Source: Desulfomicrobium sp. (GTDB lineage: Bacteria > Desulfobacterota > Desulfovibrionia > Desulfovibrionales > Desulfomicrobiaceae). Taken from it: a stretch of DNA of 64,000 nucleotides. Position numbers and translations under genes: made by a program. The stretch's first letter is position 1. Each line of letters begins with the position of its first letter. The stretch is taken from assembly GCA_040768745.1 (NCBI GenBank), contig JAXGMI010000001.1:64001-128000 (forward strand), read 5' to 3'. Below, one piece after another: positions 50,742-59,892 of the stretch. The notes under the pieces are model-generated. The model searched no databases, had not been told where the DNA came from, and saw nothing but the letters and a program-made list of their open reading frames with translations.

Positions 50742-52903
50742 CACGCATGTATTCCGATACTACCACCCCGACCATGAAGACCGCGCAGTCCCGTAGCGTC
50801 CTGCTGCAGAAGGCCGACGTGCGCGTGGACATCCGCGACTACCTCTCCCGCACGCGCATGGCCTACCATTTCCTGAACGCCGAGGGCACCAACATCGAGG
50901 CCGTCTACACCTTCCCCCTGCCCATCGACGGCGTGCTGACGGACCTCCGCGTGCAGATCGGCGAGCGCGAGCTGCGCGGCGCGGCCGTGGAGAAGAGCCA
51001 GGCCCAGGAAGGCTACGAGCAGGCCGTGAGCGAAGGCGACTCCCCCATCATGCTGGAGCGCCTGGACTCGGGCCTCTATAGCCTGAACGTCGGCAACATT
51101 CTGCCCGGCGAAAAGGCCTCGTTAACCATCGAGTTCCTCGAGGTGCTGTGCCCCAAAGGCGACGAGGTTCGCTACGAGCTGCCGACCACCCTCGCCCCCC
51201 TCTACGGCGACCCGGCCAAGCGCGGCCTGGCCCCGCATCAGCACCCGGCCCACAGCCTGCTGGCCGACAACCGCTTCAGCCTGGAGGTCGATATCCGAGG
51301 CTGCCTGGCCGGCGCGGACATCCGCACCCCGGCCCATGCCACTCGCCTGGAGCGGGACGGCGGCCACGCCCGCCTGACCCTGTCGGAACCTGCCGCATCC
51401 ATGGACCGGGACTTCATCATGACCCTGCGCTCCGAGGCCCTGCCCCAGGCCTTTGCCGTCAGCGCGCCGGACAAGGGGGGCCACGTGGTCCTGGCCGGAT
51501 TCACGCCGCGCTTCGCCGCAGCATCCCCGGCCAGAAGCGTCAAGATCGTGGTGGACTGCTCCGGATCCATGGGCGGTGAATCCATCCTGCAAGCCCGCCA
51601 GGCCCTGCTGCGGGCCCTGGACAGGCTGCGCCCGGAAGATCATTTCAACATCGTGCGCTTCGGGTCCTCCAGCACCATGCTCTTCCGGAAGCAGGAGCCT
51701 GCCGACGAGACGCACATGCAGGCGGCCATGGCCATGGCCCGGACCATGGAGGCGGACATGGGCGGCACGGAGATGGCCCAGGCCTTGGACAAAGCCCTTT
51801 CCTCTGCCTCCCCCGCAGGTATGCCCGAGGACATCCTGCTCATCACCGACGGCCAGGTCTGGGACATGGCCGCCGTGGCGAACAAGCTTGCCAGCCGCAA
51901 GCACCGGACGTTCTGCATCGGCGTGGGTTCGGCCGTGGAGCGCAGTGTCCTCTCCACCCTGTCGTCAAAAACCGGCGGCGAGGCCATTTTCGTCAACGTG
52001 CACGAGGACATGGGCAAAAAGGTCTTCGCGCACTTCAAACGCATGACCCTGACCCCAGCCGGCAAACCCACCTTCGACTTCGCCGGCGCACGGCCCCTGG
52101 CCATGGCCCCGAAGAACTTCCCGCCAGTCTTCGACTGCGACATGGTCCTGACCTGCGCCTGGTTCAAGACCCTGCCCCAAAGCGCGAGCTTCAGCCTGGG
52201 AGCACCCGAAGGCCCCACGACCTGGCACACGCCCATCCATGCGGCTGAAGACTACACTGACACCCTGCCCCGCTTCGCCGCCAGCATGAAGCTCCAGGAC
52301 CTCCCCGACGACGAGGCCACCGCCCTGGCCGTGGAGTACAACCTGGTCAGCTCGTTCACTAACTTCCTGGTCGTGATGGATCGGGCGGATGCGGAAAAAC
52401 CAGAAAACCTGCCGCGACTCCGCACGGTGGAGCACAACGTCCCGCATGGGTGTGGAGGCATGGTAATGCATGACATGCAAATGCCCGCTATGGGCTTTTT
52501 GCATGAGCCTGCGTACATACGCGCGAGCTCCAGCCCGAAAGCAATCCACGAGCAGGCCCCCTGCGCCCCCGATGCAAAGGCATGGGTATCTACGCTTCTC
52601 ACACAGGCAATATTCATGATCAAAACCCATCCGAATATCGACATCACCTTCGACATGCTCGAAGTGTGGGGAGTGCCTGAAGACATCTTGGAGGCATTGC
52701 GCGACATCATGAGCGACGCATCCATTTACGACTCTTCATCCAGGCCTAAGGAAGAGGCAGTAGCCTTCAAACTGATCTTGATAGCAGCCAAGAAAAGCGC
52801 GGCTGTCCGACGTGACGACGTGCGCCTTGTACGAAAGGCTTTGGGCGAAATCGTCCTAGCGAAAGAACTTGAAGCGAAAATCGAGCTACTTGTTACGAGT
52901 TAA
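50738..52903 (+). CDS. VIT + vWA domain protein
   Basis: VIT (NIEAVYTFPLP, VGNILPGE), MIDAS DCSGS, LLITDG, LVSSFTNFL; overlaps MerR stop. Confidence 0.88.
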   Translation: MTRMYSDTTTPTMKTAQSRSVLLQKADVRVDIRDYLSRTRMAYHFLNAEGTNIEAVYTFPLPIDGVLTDLRVQIGERELRGAAVEKSQAQEGYEQAVSEGDSPIMLERLDSGLYSLNVGNILPGEKASLTIEFLEVLCPKGDEVRYELPTTLAPLYGDPAKRGLAPHQHPAHSLLADNRFSLEVDIRGCLAGADIRTPAHATRLERDGGHARLTLSEPAASMDRDFIMTLRSEALPQAFAVSAPDKGGHVVLAGFTPRFAAASPARSVKIVVDCSGSMGGESILQARQALLRALDRLRPEDHFNIVRFGSSSTMLFRKQEPADETHMQAAMAMARTMEADMGGTEMAQALDKALSSASPAGMPEDILLITDGQVWDMAAVANKLASRKHRTFCIGVGSAVERSVLSTLSSKTGGEAIFVNVHEDMGKKVFAHFKRMTLTPAGKPTFDFAGARPLAMAPKNFPPVFDCDMVLTCAWFKTLPQSASFSLGAPEGPTTWHTPIHAAEDYTDTLPRFAASMKLQDLPDDEATALAVEYNLVSSFTNFLVVMDRADAEKPENLPRLRTVEHNVPHGCGGMVMHDMQMPAMGFLHEPAYIRASSSPKAIHEQAPCAPDAKAWVSTLLTQAIFMIKTHPNIDITFDMLEVWGVPEDILEALRDIMSDASIYDSSSRPKEEAVAFKLILIAAKKSAAVRRDDVRLVRKALGEIVLAKELEAKIELLVTS

Positions 52904-52911
52904 CCCATTCT

Positions 52912-52950
52912 AACATTGGCCGCCCTGTGGGGAGCAGGGCGGCCAATGTT
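52912..52950 (+). terminator. Long perfect hairpin after VIT-vWA gene
   Basis: AACATTGGCCGCCCTG / CAGGGCGGCCAATGTT 16-bp stem, no strong T-tract. Confidence 0.55.
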
Positions 52951-53228
52951 GGTACTTCTACCCACGCCATCCAGATGATCGTCCCAACAGCCTGGGACAA
53001 TGTCCAAAATTCAGGTCGTAATGGCTTAAAAAATAATCTACACTCAACAAGCCTCCCCTGCAGGTGTCTGACAAACACCAATCTTCCGTACGAATCAAAC
53101 AACACTGACAACCTTGTTTTACATCCTTAAATTCTTGACACTTTCGCCCTACTGAGGCTTATCAAAATGGCTGCAATAAAATGTGCAGCACATTTCGGGT
53201 GTTCATGAACCAGGAGGACGAGGAGGAA

Positions 53229-53606
53229 ATGGCTCAGGTCTTTGGATCAGCTGGGAAAGGTGCTTTTTCCATGGGCGACACGCGGTATCAGGACTTGCTT
53301 TCGCGCATCGCTCTGCCCATGCTTTCGCTACTGCTGCTGATACCTCTCGGGTATTATCTGCTGACCCGTGGCCATTTTTTCTGGGGTGTCGGGGTCGCTC
53401 TCGTCTATGTCGTCTCCATCAAGTCGCTTGAAGAGGCCGGGCTCAAACTCAAAAAGCGCATCTCCCACGCCGACACGGGGGCCAAATCCGAACAAGCCTT
53501 CGCCGAAGCCCTGCAGGAACTCCCTGACGATTACTACGTCTTCCATGACCTCGAATTCCCCGGTTTCAACATCGACCATGTCGTACTCGGCCCCAACAGC
53601 GCCTGA
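53229..53606 (+). pseudogene. NERD nuclease gene 5' fragment (copy 1)
   Basis: TM segments then GAKSEQ...YYVFHDL...NIDHVVLGPN, truncated. Confidence 0.8.
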
Positions 53607-53637
53607 CGCGTTCCAGGGAATTCGAGGGGAATTCGAG

Positions 53638-54562
53638 CCGGTCCACCTCGCCCTCCACTGGTCAGACGTATGGGCTGGTGCTGGTTTGCCGGGTCTGGAA
53701 TCTCCCCAGGTCCACGCATTATGCACGCAAGGTTGCGAATGAGGGCACACCAAGCCGCCGAGGCCCTATTGGCTTCCACAGGATTGATGGGGAGTTGTTC
53801 GGGCACATCGTGGCATGCATCCAGAACTCCCCTTTTACTGGTGAAGGCTATCGGAAAGTGTGGGCCAGGTTGCGTTTTGAGGGCATCAGAACGTCCCCCT
53901 GCGAACGCTTCGGATCATGAGAGAGAACAACCTGCTCGCAGTGCGCAAGCCCGGCAGGCCGCATGGCCCAAGGCGCATGACGGGACGATCAAGACTGCCC
54001 GGGTGGACGAGATGTGGGGCACGGACATGACCACGACGATGACCATGCAGGAAGGCAACGCTTCGATCTTCCTGGCCGTGGACCACTGCTCTCTGGAGTG
54101 TGTCGGCATCCACGCCGCTAAGTACGGGACGCGCTTTGAAGCCCTGAGCCGATTCGCCAAGGTGTGCGCCACAGCTTTGGAGCCTTTGGACCCGCCGTGG
54201 CAGAGGGCCTGACCCTGCGACATGACAATGGTAGCCAGTACGTTTCCAGTGTGTTTCAAGAGGAGGTTTCCTTCCTGGGCATCCGGAGTTCGCCTGCTTT
54301 CGTCAGAGAACCCCAAGGCAACGGCATCGCCGAGAGGTTCGTGCGCACGCTCAAGGAAAACCTGCTCTGGGTCCGGCGGTTCGATACGGTCGAGGAACTC
54401 CGACTTGCCCTCTTGGAGTTCAAGGAGACGTACAACCGGGAATGGATCATTGGACGCCACGGCTACAAGACTCCGGCAGCGGTGCGGGCCATCCAGAAAG
54501 AGGCCGTGAACGTTGCGGCTTGATTAACCAAAAACGTGTCCAAAAAACCGTAGACCGATACA
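53638..54562 (+). mobile_element. IS3-family remnant (orfB frameshifted, left end missing)
   Basis: GYRKVWARL, WGTDMT, HDNGSQY, NGIAERFVRTLKE; right end ...GACCGATACA. Confidence 0.85.
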
Positions 54563-54608
54563 GTGCAGCACATTTCGGGTGTTCATGAACCAGGAGGACG
54601 AGGAGGAA

Positions 54609-54984
54609 ATGGCTCAGGTCTTTGGATCGGCTGGGAAAGGTGCTTTTTCCATGGGCGACACGCGGTATCAGGACTTGCTTTCGCGCATCGCTCTGCCCAT
54701 GCTTTCGCTTTCTGCTGATACCTCTCGGGTATTATCTGCTGACCCGTGGCCATTTTTTCTGGGGTGTCGGGGTCGCTCTCGTCTATGTCGTCTCCATCAA
54801 GTCGCTTGAAGAGGCCGGGCTCAAACTCAAAAAGCGCATCTCCCACGCCGACACGGGGGCCAAATCCGAACAAGCCTTCGCCGAAGCCCTGCAGGAACTC
54901 CCTGACGATTACTACGTCTTCCATGACCTCGAATTCCCCGGTTTCAACATCGACCATGTCGTACTCGGCCCCAACAGCGCCTGA
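54609..54984 (+). pseudogene. NERD nuclease gene 5' fragment (copy 2, frameshifted)
   Basis: Duplicate of 53229-53606. Confidence 0.78.
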
Positions 54985-55014
54985 CGCGTTCCAGGGAATT
55001 CGAGGGGAATTCGA

Positions 55015-55908
55015 GGGTCAGATCTTGAATCTTGAATTTTTTCGGAGCAATTCCTCACCATGGCCCGACCACTCCGCATAGAATTTCCGGGAGCCATCTA
55101 CCATGACATCCCGGGGCAACGCCCAGGCTCCCATTTTTTCTGGACGACATCGACAGGAACACCTTCTCTCCGTCCTCGGACTGACAATGCGCCGGTTCAA
55201 CGTGATCTTCAGGTATTGCCTGATGACCAACCACTTCCATCTCCTGCTTGAGACTCCAGACGCCAATCTGTCCAAGGCCATGCGCCAGTTCAACAGCGTC
55301 TACACGCAGGCATTCAACCGGCGGCATGCCCGGGTTGGTCACGTGCTGCAAGGGCGGTTCAAATCCATTGTCGTTGACCGGGACGCCTATCTTCTCGAAC
55401 TGTGCCGATATATTGTCCTCAACCCCGTAAGCGCCGGGATGGTCAAGGATGAAAGTATCCATGGTCCAGTTACCGGGCCACGGCAGGGCTGCAAAAGAAA
55501 CCGGATTTTCTGGCTGTGGACTGGATTCTGGAACAGTTCGGCACTGATCGCGTCCAGGCCCGGAAAGATACCGTCTTTTTGTCAAGGCAGGGCTGGATTC
55601 CGAATCGCCAAATTACCTCAAGACAGTGCCTGCTCGGAGACGACCCGTTTCTGGAGAAGCTTTTTCCCTGCTCAAGGACAAAAGCGCTTTCAAGGATCCC
55701 TCGCATTCAGCGTTTTGCCGACCGTCCGGCCTTGGAGGAGATATTACAGGGCACAGAAGGCCGTGCGCAGCGTGACGCAGCCATCCTCAAGGCCTGCCAT
55801 GTGTACGGATAACCCAGGCACACGTTGCTGCCGCGACAGGATTGCACTATTCGACGGTCAGCAAAATCATCAGGAAGATTGAATAATTCAAGATTCAAGA
55901 TCTGACCC
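55015..55908 (+). mobile_element. RAYT-like Y1/HUH transposase element (pseudogene) with 24-bp inverted repeats
   Basis: MARPLRIEFPGAIYH, SRGN, YCLMTNHFHLL, QGRFKS, RYIVLNPV; IRs 55015-55038 / 55885-55908. Confidence 0.85.
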
Positions 55909-55922
55909 CAGGATTTTGCCAC

Positions 55923-57170
55923 GGCCCCAACGGCATCTTCTTGGTGGAGACCAAGAGCCAGAAGGGGAACATCACTCAGGAACACGACGTCTTGCTGAGA
56001 AACGGGCGCAAATTCTTCAAGGATTTTTTGAAACAATGCTGGAGCCAAGCCTACTCGCTCCGGGATCACCTGAACGCAGAGAGACTGCACGGGTTGTCGA
56101 TCAAGCCAATCCTTTGCTTCTCGCGAGGAAATGTCGAAATTCGAGGGCCGGTGCGGGGCGTGGCCGTGCTCAATGTCGGCTATCTGCGGCCGTATATTCT
56201 TTCCCAACGCGGGAGTCTTCCGGACCAGACGAGGGATCAGATCATCCCCCTGCTGACCGCAGCGTTGTCCGACCAGGCTGCACAACACAGCCCAATGGTC
56301 CCCCAATCACAGACTGGCGGCATTGTCTGCCCGAAGTGCTTTCATGAACGCACACAAAACGATGATCTGCACTCTAGCGCGGGCGAATGCCCGAAATGCG
56401 GCGTCATCTACGCCCACGTCCAGACGAATTCACCTCACGACAGCACGCCCACCCAGGCAGCAGCCCCCAAGGACTTAACCACGACATTGCAAGCCCTTCT
56501 TTCCGGCCAGGATTCGCAACCCAAAAAACCGATAACCCAACAAATTCAGTGGACTGCGCTGGCGCTCAAATTAGCAGCATGCGCTTTGGCCGCAATCCTC
56601 CTGACCGGCGCGTATAAAACCATGCAGGCCACCGTAAGCAGCATTTTCACGCCTGCGCAAACCACTAAGGCCCCTAAAATACCTATTCCAACCACTAAGG
56701 CCCCTAAAATACCTACCCCAACGAAACCGCATCCAACTCACCCCGTAGCATTTCCTCTGACGCACGCGGTCTCGTCGGACAATTCGGCACAGGCGATCAC
56801 TTTCGTCTTTGAGGAAGATCGAGGACAGAATGTGATACTGCTTTTCTTTGACAACAAGGCCAAGACTCTCGCCTTGCGGGCCTGCGTTCGCGCGAACGAA
56901 AAATTGACCACGACACTTCCACGTGTCGACCTGGGCTACGTCATTGTCACCGGACAGGCCTGGCAGGGCTACGAAGACTTATTCGGCCCAGCATCAGAAT
57001 CGAAGAAAGCCCTTATTACCTTGAGTTCTCAGACGAAAGCGGGCAACGTCACGTCCATTCGAGCGACGTCGAGCATGTTCGTTCAGAAGGGAGTCCAAAG
57101 CCCCCTCCCTGAAACGAAAGCATGGATTAAAGCGGCCTTCGATAATGCTGGCGGATTCATGAAGATGTGA
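55923..57170 (+). pseudogene. NERD gene 3' part: NERD C-half, zinc ribbon, TM, C-terminal domain
   Basis: Resumes GPNGIFLVETKS; CPKC...CPKC; hydrophobic helix; Pro/Thr-rich linker. Confidence 0.8.
56661..56720 (+). repeat. 30-bp tandem repeat (TTKAPKIPxP x2)
   Basis: ACCACTAAGGCCCCTAAAATACCTA(TT/CC)CCA twice. Confidence 0.85.
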
Positions 57171-57659
57171 CTCAATCCAAAAAATCAACCTGGCATTTTT
57201 TTTGATTTCATATTTTAAGCGAGACTCATAGAACGGATAAGTAAGGTCAAAAATCATCGTATCTTCCGTGGATTCGTCTGGCCCCAGTGAGAGTTCCAGC
57301 TATGACTCAACCTTTTTGGACTTGGCCTTTGCTTCTCCAGTTGGAGCGAAATCTGAATTTGGCGAATGGCCAAGCGCACCCTAGAGACTCCGGCCTTGAG
57401 GTTATCAGCCCTGGGATGGCTTTAACAGCGCCGAATGAAAACCCTGACTTGGCATAACAGCCATGATTTCCTAGTCACGGTGGTGCGAGGATTCGAAACA
57501 CCGGCATTCCATTCCCAAAGCCGAATGCTCGCTCTGGGGTGGCTTCATGAAAATGGGGTACAAAACAGGGGGTATTTATTTTTATCAAATATAACAATCT
57601 GAAATAAAAGTAGATAGTATAAAGTTCGACCCCTGGTAGGACCAGATTTCGATGCCCCC

Positions 57660-57691
57660 AGGCTCCGGCCACCTCTGGCCGGAGCCTTTTT
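57660..57691 (+). terminator. Rho-independent terminator after attR
   Basis: AGGCTCCGGCCA-CCTC-TGGCCGGAGCCT followed by T-tract. Confidence 0.75.
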
Positions 57692-57784
57692 CGTCGTGGC
57701 CTGATTGACATCCCGGAAGCGGGAAACTAGATTCCCCACTTCATTTGCCCCTGACCGTTAAGTACCCCCTGAATGCGGAGTCCC

Positions 57785-58741
57785 ATGCATCCCACAAACC
57801 TGATCGCACGCATCGAATCCACTGCTCCCCTGCATGCGGCTGCATCATGGGACAACAGCGGCGTGCAGATCGCTTCCGCCACCTCTGAGATCACGACCCT
57901 GTGTGTGGCGTTGGATCCCACGCTGGAAACAGCACGCCGAGCCATGGACCAGGGGGCTCAGTTTCTGCTCTGCCACCATCCTTTGGCTCTCAAGCCGCGA
58001 TTGCCTGACAGGGTGGACGATTTTCACCGGATTCTCTCCCTGTGCCTCTCCCATGGGTTGTGGCTGTATGGGGCGCACACGTCCCTGGATGCCAACCCAA
58101 AGGGTCCGGTCAACTGGCTGGGCAGGGCCTTGGACCTGCGGGACATGCGTATCCTCGAGGTGACACGCACGGAAACGCCCGTGCTCATGCGTCTGGAATG
58201 CGCCGAAGACGAGGCCGCGGACGATGATTTTTCCAGGTCCATGACGCGGCGAAATGCGGGTCTGACGGAATATCTCCTCTGGCCAGAAGAAGTGGCCAAT
58301 TTCCGCTCCCAACTGCGGACTCCGGGGGGCTGTCAGGAGATCGCCTTGGCCGCCCCGGTTCGCGATTACGGGTTCGGATGTATCGGTGCATTGCCGCAGG
58401 CCATGAACTGGGCGGACTTCGTGGCCAGCTTGGCTCCTCTCGTTGGTCCGGTACAAAGGATGGTCGGGGCTGCGCCACGCACCGTCACAACCGTGGCATA
58501 CTGCCCCGGCTCTGGAGCCGATCTGGCACAATCGGCTTTTGCCCGCGGAGCGCAGGTCTATCTGACCGGAGACGTGAAATATCACCAGGCCCAGGCTGTG
58601 CAGGACCAGGGCCTGACCATGGATGTCGGACACTTTTGCCTTGAAGAAACCATGATGCGCCTGTGGAGCCAAGAACTGTCCAGGGAGCTGGCCGGAATGG
58701 TAAAGGTGGTTTTCCTTCCTGGCCGCGATCCGTTTGCCTGA
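57785..58741 (+). CDS. Nif3-like dinuclear metal protein
   Basis: WDNSGVQ, HHPL, AHTSLD, PGSG, TGDVKYH, GHFCLE. Confidence 0.9.
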   Translation: MHPTNLIARIESTAPLHAAASWDNSGVQIASATSEITTLCVALDPTLETARRAMDQGAQFLLCHHPLALKPRLPDRVDDFHRILSLCLSHGLWLYGAHTSLDANPKGPVNWLGRALDLRDMRILEVTRTETPVLMRLECAEDEAADDDFSRSMTRRNAGLTEYLLWPEEVANFRSQLRTPGGCQEIALAAPVRDYGFGCIGALPQAMNWADFVASLAPLVGPVQRMVGAAPRTVTTVAYCPGSGADLAQSAFARGAQVYLTGDVKYHQAQAVQDQGLTMDVGHFCLEETMMRLWSQELSRELAGMVKVVFLPGRDPFA

Positions 58742-58792
58742 TCCCTTCCCGGGTGCGACCCGGGCCAACGTATTTTTGAGGAGGACCCTACA

Positions 58793-59524
58793 TTGAGTCT
58801 TTATATTGAACAGATCGAACAGCTTGTCGTGCTGCAAAAAGTCGACACGGAAATGATCGGACTGGAGCGCATTCTGGAGGATGCACCCAAGCAGCTGCGC
58901 AATCTGCAGGAAAAGCAGGCCTACCTCCTTCAGCAGCAGGAAGTCATCCAGGAGAAAATCGATGTCTTGCTGGAACAGAAAGGGCGTATCGAGTTCGAAA
59001 TCGAAAATGACTCCCAGAAAGTCAAAAAAAGCAAGAACAAGCTCATGCTGGTTGAAAACACCAAAGAATACCATGCCATGATGCGTGAGATGGACAATCT
59101 GGAAAAAATGAACCGGGTCCGCGAGGAAGAGCTCAACAACCTTCTCGCAGACCTGAACGACCTCGAAGGCCGCAAGGAATCACTGCAGAAGGATATCGAC
59201 GCCCTGGGTGAAACGATCTCCGCACAACAGTCCACCCTGGATCAGGAATTGGCCGATAAGCGCGCCCGCCTGGAGATCCTGAACAAGGACAAGAGTCATG
59301 CCTCCGAGGCCGTCCCCGCACCCATCCTGGCGCGTTACAATTTCATCCGCGACCGCATTCCCAATCCGGTCATTGTGCCGGTCAGCGAGGGTGTTTGCAA
59401 GGGATGCAATGTCGTCATCCCACCTCAGACCTTCATCGATCTGCAGAAGGGCGAACAGATCCTGAGCTGCCCCAACTGTCTGCGCATCATCTATTGGGAA
59501 CGCCATTTTTCCGAAAGCGAATGA
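58793..59524 (+). CDS. Coiled-coil C4 zinc-ribbon protein (DUF164-like)
   Basis: LQKVD, long coiled coil, CKGC...CPNCLRIIY; usual Nif3 neighbour. Confidence 0.88.
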   Translation: MSLYIEQIEQLVVLQKVDTEMIGLERILEDAPKQLRNLQEKQAYLLQQQEVIQEKIDVLLEQKGRIEFEIENDSQKVKKSKNKLMLVENTKEYHAMMREMDNLEKMNRVREEELNNLLADLNDLEGRKESLQKDIDALGETISAQQSTLDQELADKRARLEILNKDKSHASEAVPAPILARYNFIRDRIPNPVIVPVSEGVCKGCNVVIPPQTFIDLQKGEQILSCPNCLRIIYWERHFSESE

Positions 59525-59531
59525 TTTTCAC

Positions 59532-59882
59532 GGAGCCGGACAGGCTGTCGCTGCCGGCCCCACGGCCGGGGGAGGAAAGTCCGGACACCACAGGGCAGGA
59601 TGCTGGATAACGTCCAGCGGGGGCGACCCCGGGATAGTGCCACAGAAACAGACCGCCCCGGGCGACCGGGGCAAGGGTGAAAAGGTGGGGTAAGAGCCCA
59701 CCAGTTGTCGCGGTGACGCGGCAAGCTCGGTAAACCCCATCCGGTGCAAGACCAAATAGGAAGGTGACCGGCCCGGTCACGACCCTTCGGGTAGGTTGCT
59801 GGAGACGGCGGGAAACCGCCGCCCTAGAGGAATGACAGCCGCCCGGCAACGGGCACAGAATCCGGCTTATCGTCCGGCTCCG
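59532..59882 (+). ncRNA. rnpB: RNase P RNA (type A)
   Basis: GAGGAAAGTCCGG, AGTGCCACAGAAA, GGTAAGAGC, ACAGAATCCGGCTTA; terminal P1 GGAGCCGGAC/GTCCGGCTCC. Confidence 0.95.
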
Positions 59883-59892
59883 TACTTCTATC

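Larger units (their letters stand above)
53183..55015 (+). repeat. ~455-bp direct repeat (53183-53637 and 54563-55015) flanking IS3 remnant
   Basis: Near-identical sequence; copy 2 has a 2-nt deletion near 54708. Confidence 0.92.
47434..57640. mobile_element. Decayed genomic island integrated at tRNA 3' end
   Basis: GTTCGACCCCTGGTAGG at 47417-47433 repeated at 57624-57640; IS remnants and accessory genes in between. Confidence 0.8.

Noticed and set aside
52907..52954. Integron attC (AAC...GTT ends)
   Set aside because: Too short, perfect stem without extrahelical bases, no intI nearby.
53616..55015. CRISPR-like repeats (GGGAATTCGAG units, long repeats)
   Set aside because: No regular repeat-spacer periodicity and no cas genes; explained by duplication.
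57171..57620. Integrase remnant next to attR
   Set aside because: Only short stop-interrupted frames, no tyrosine recombinase motifs recognised.
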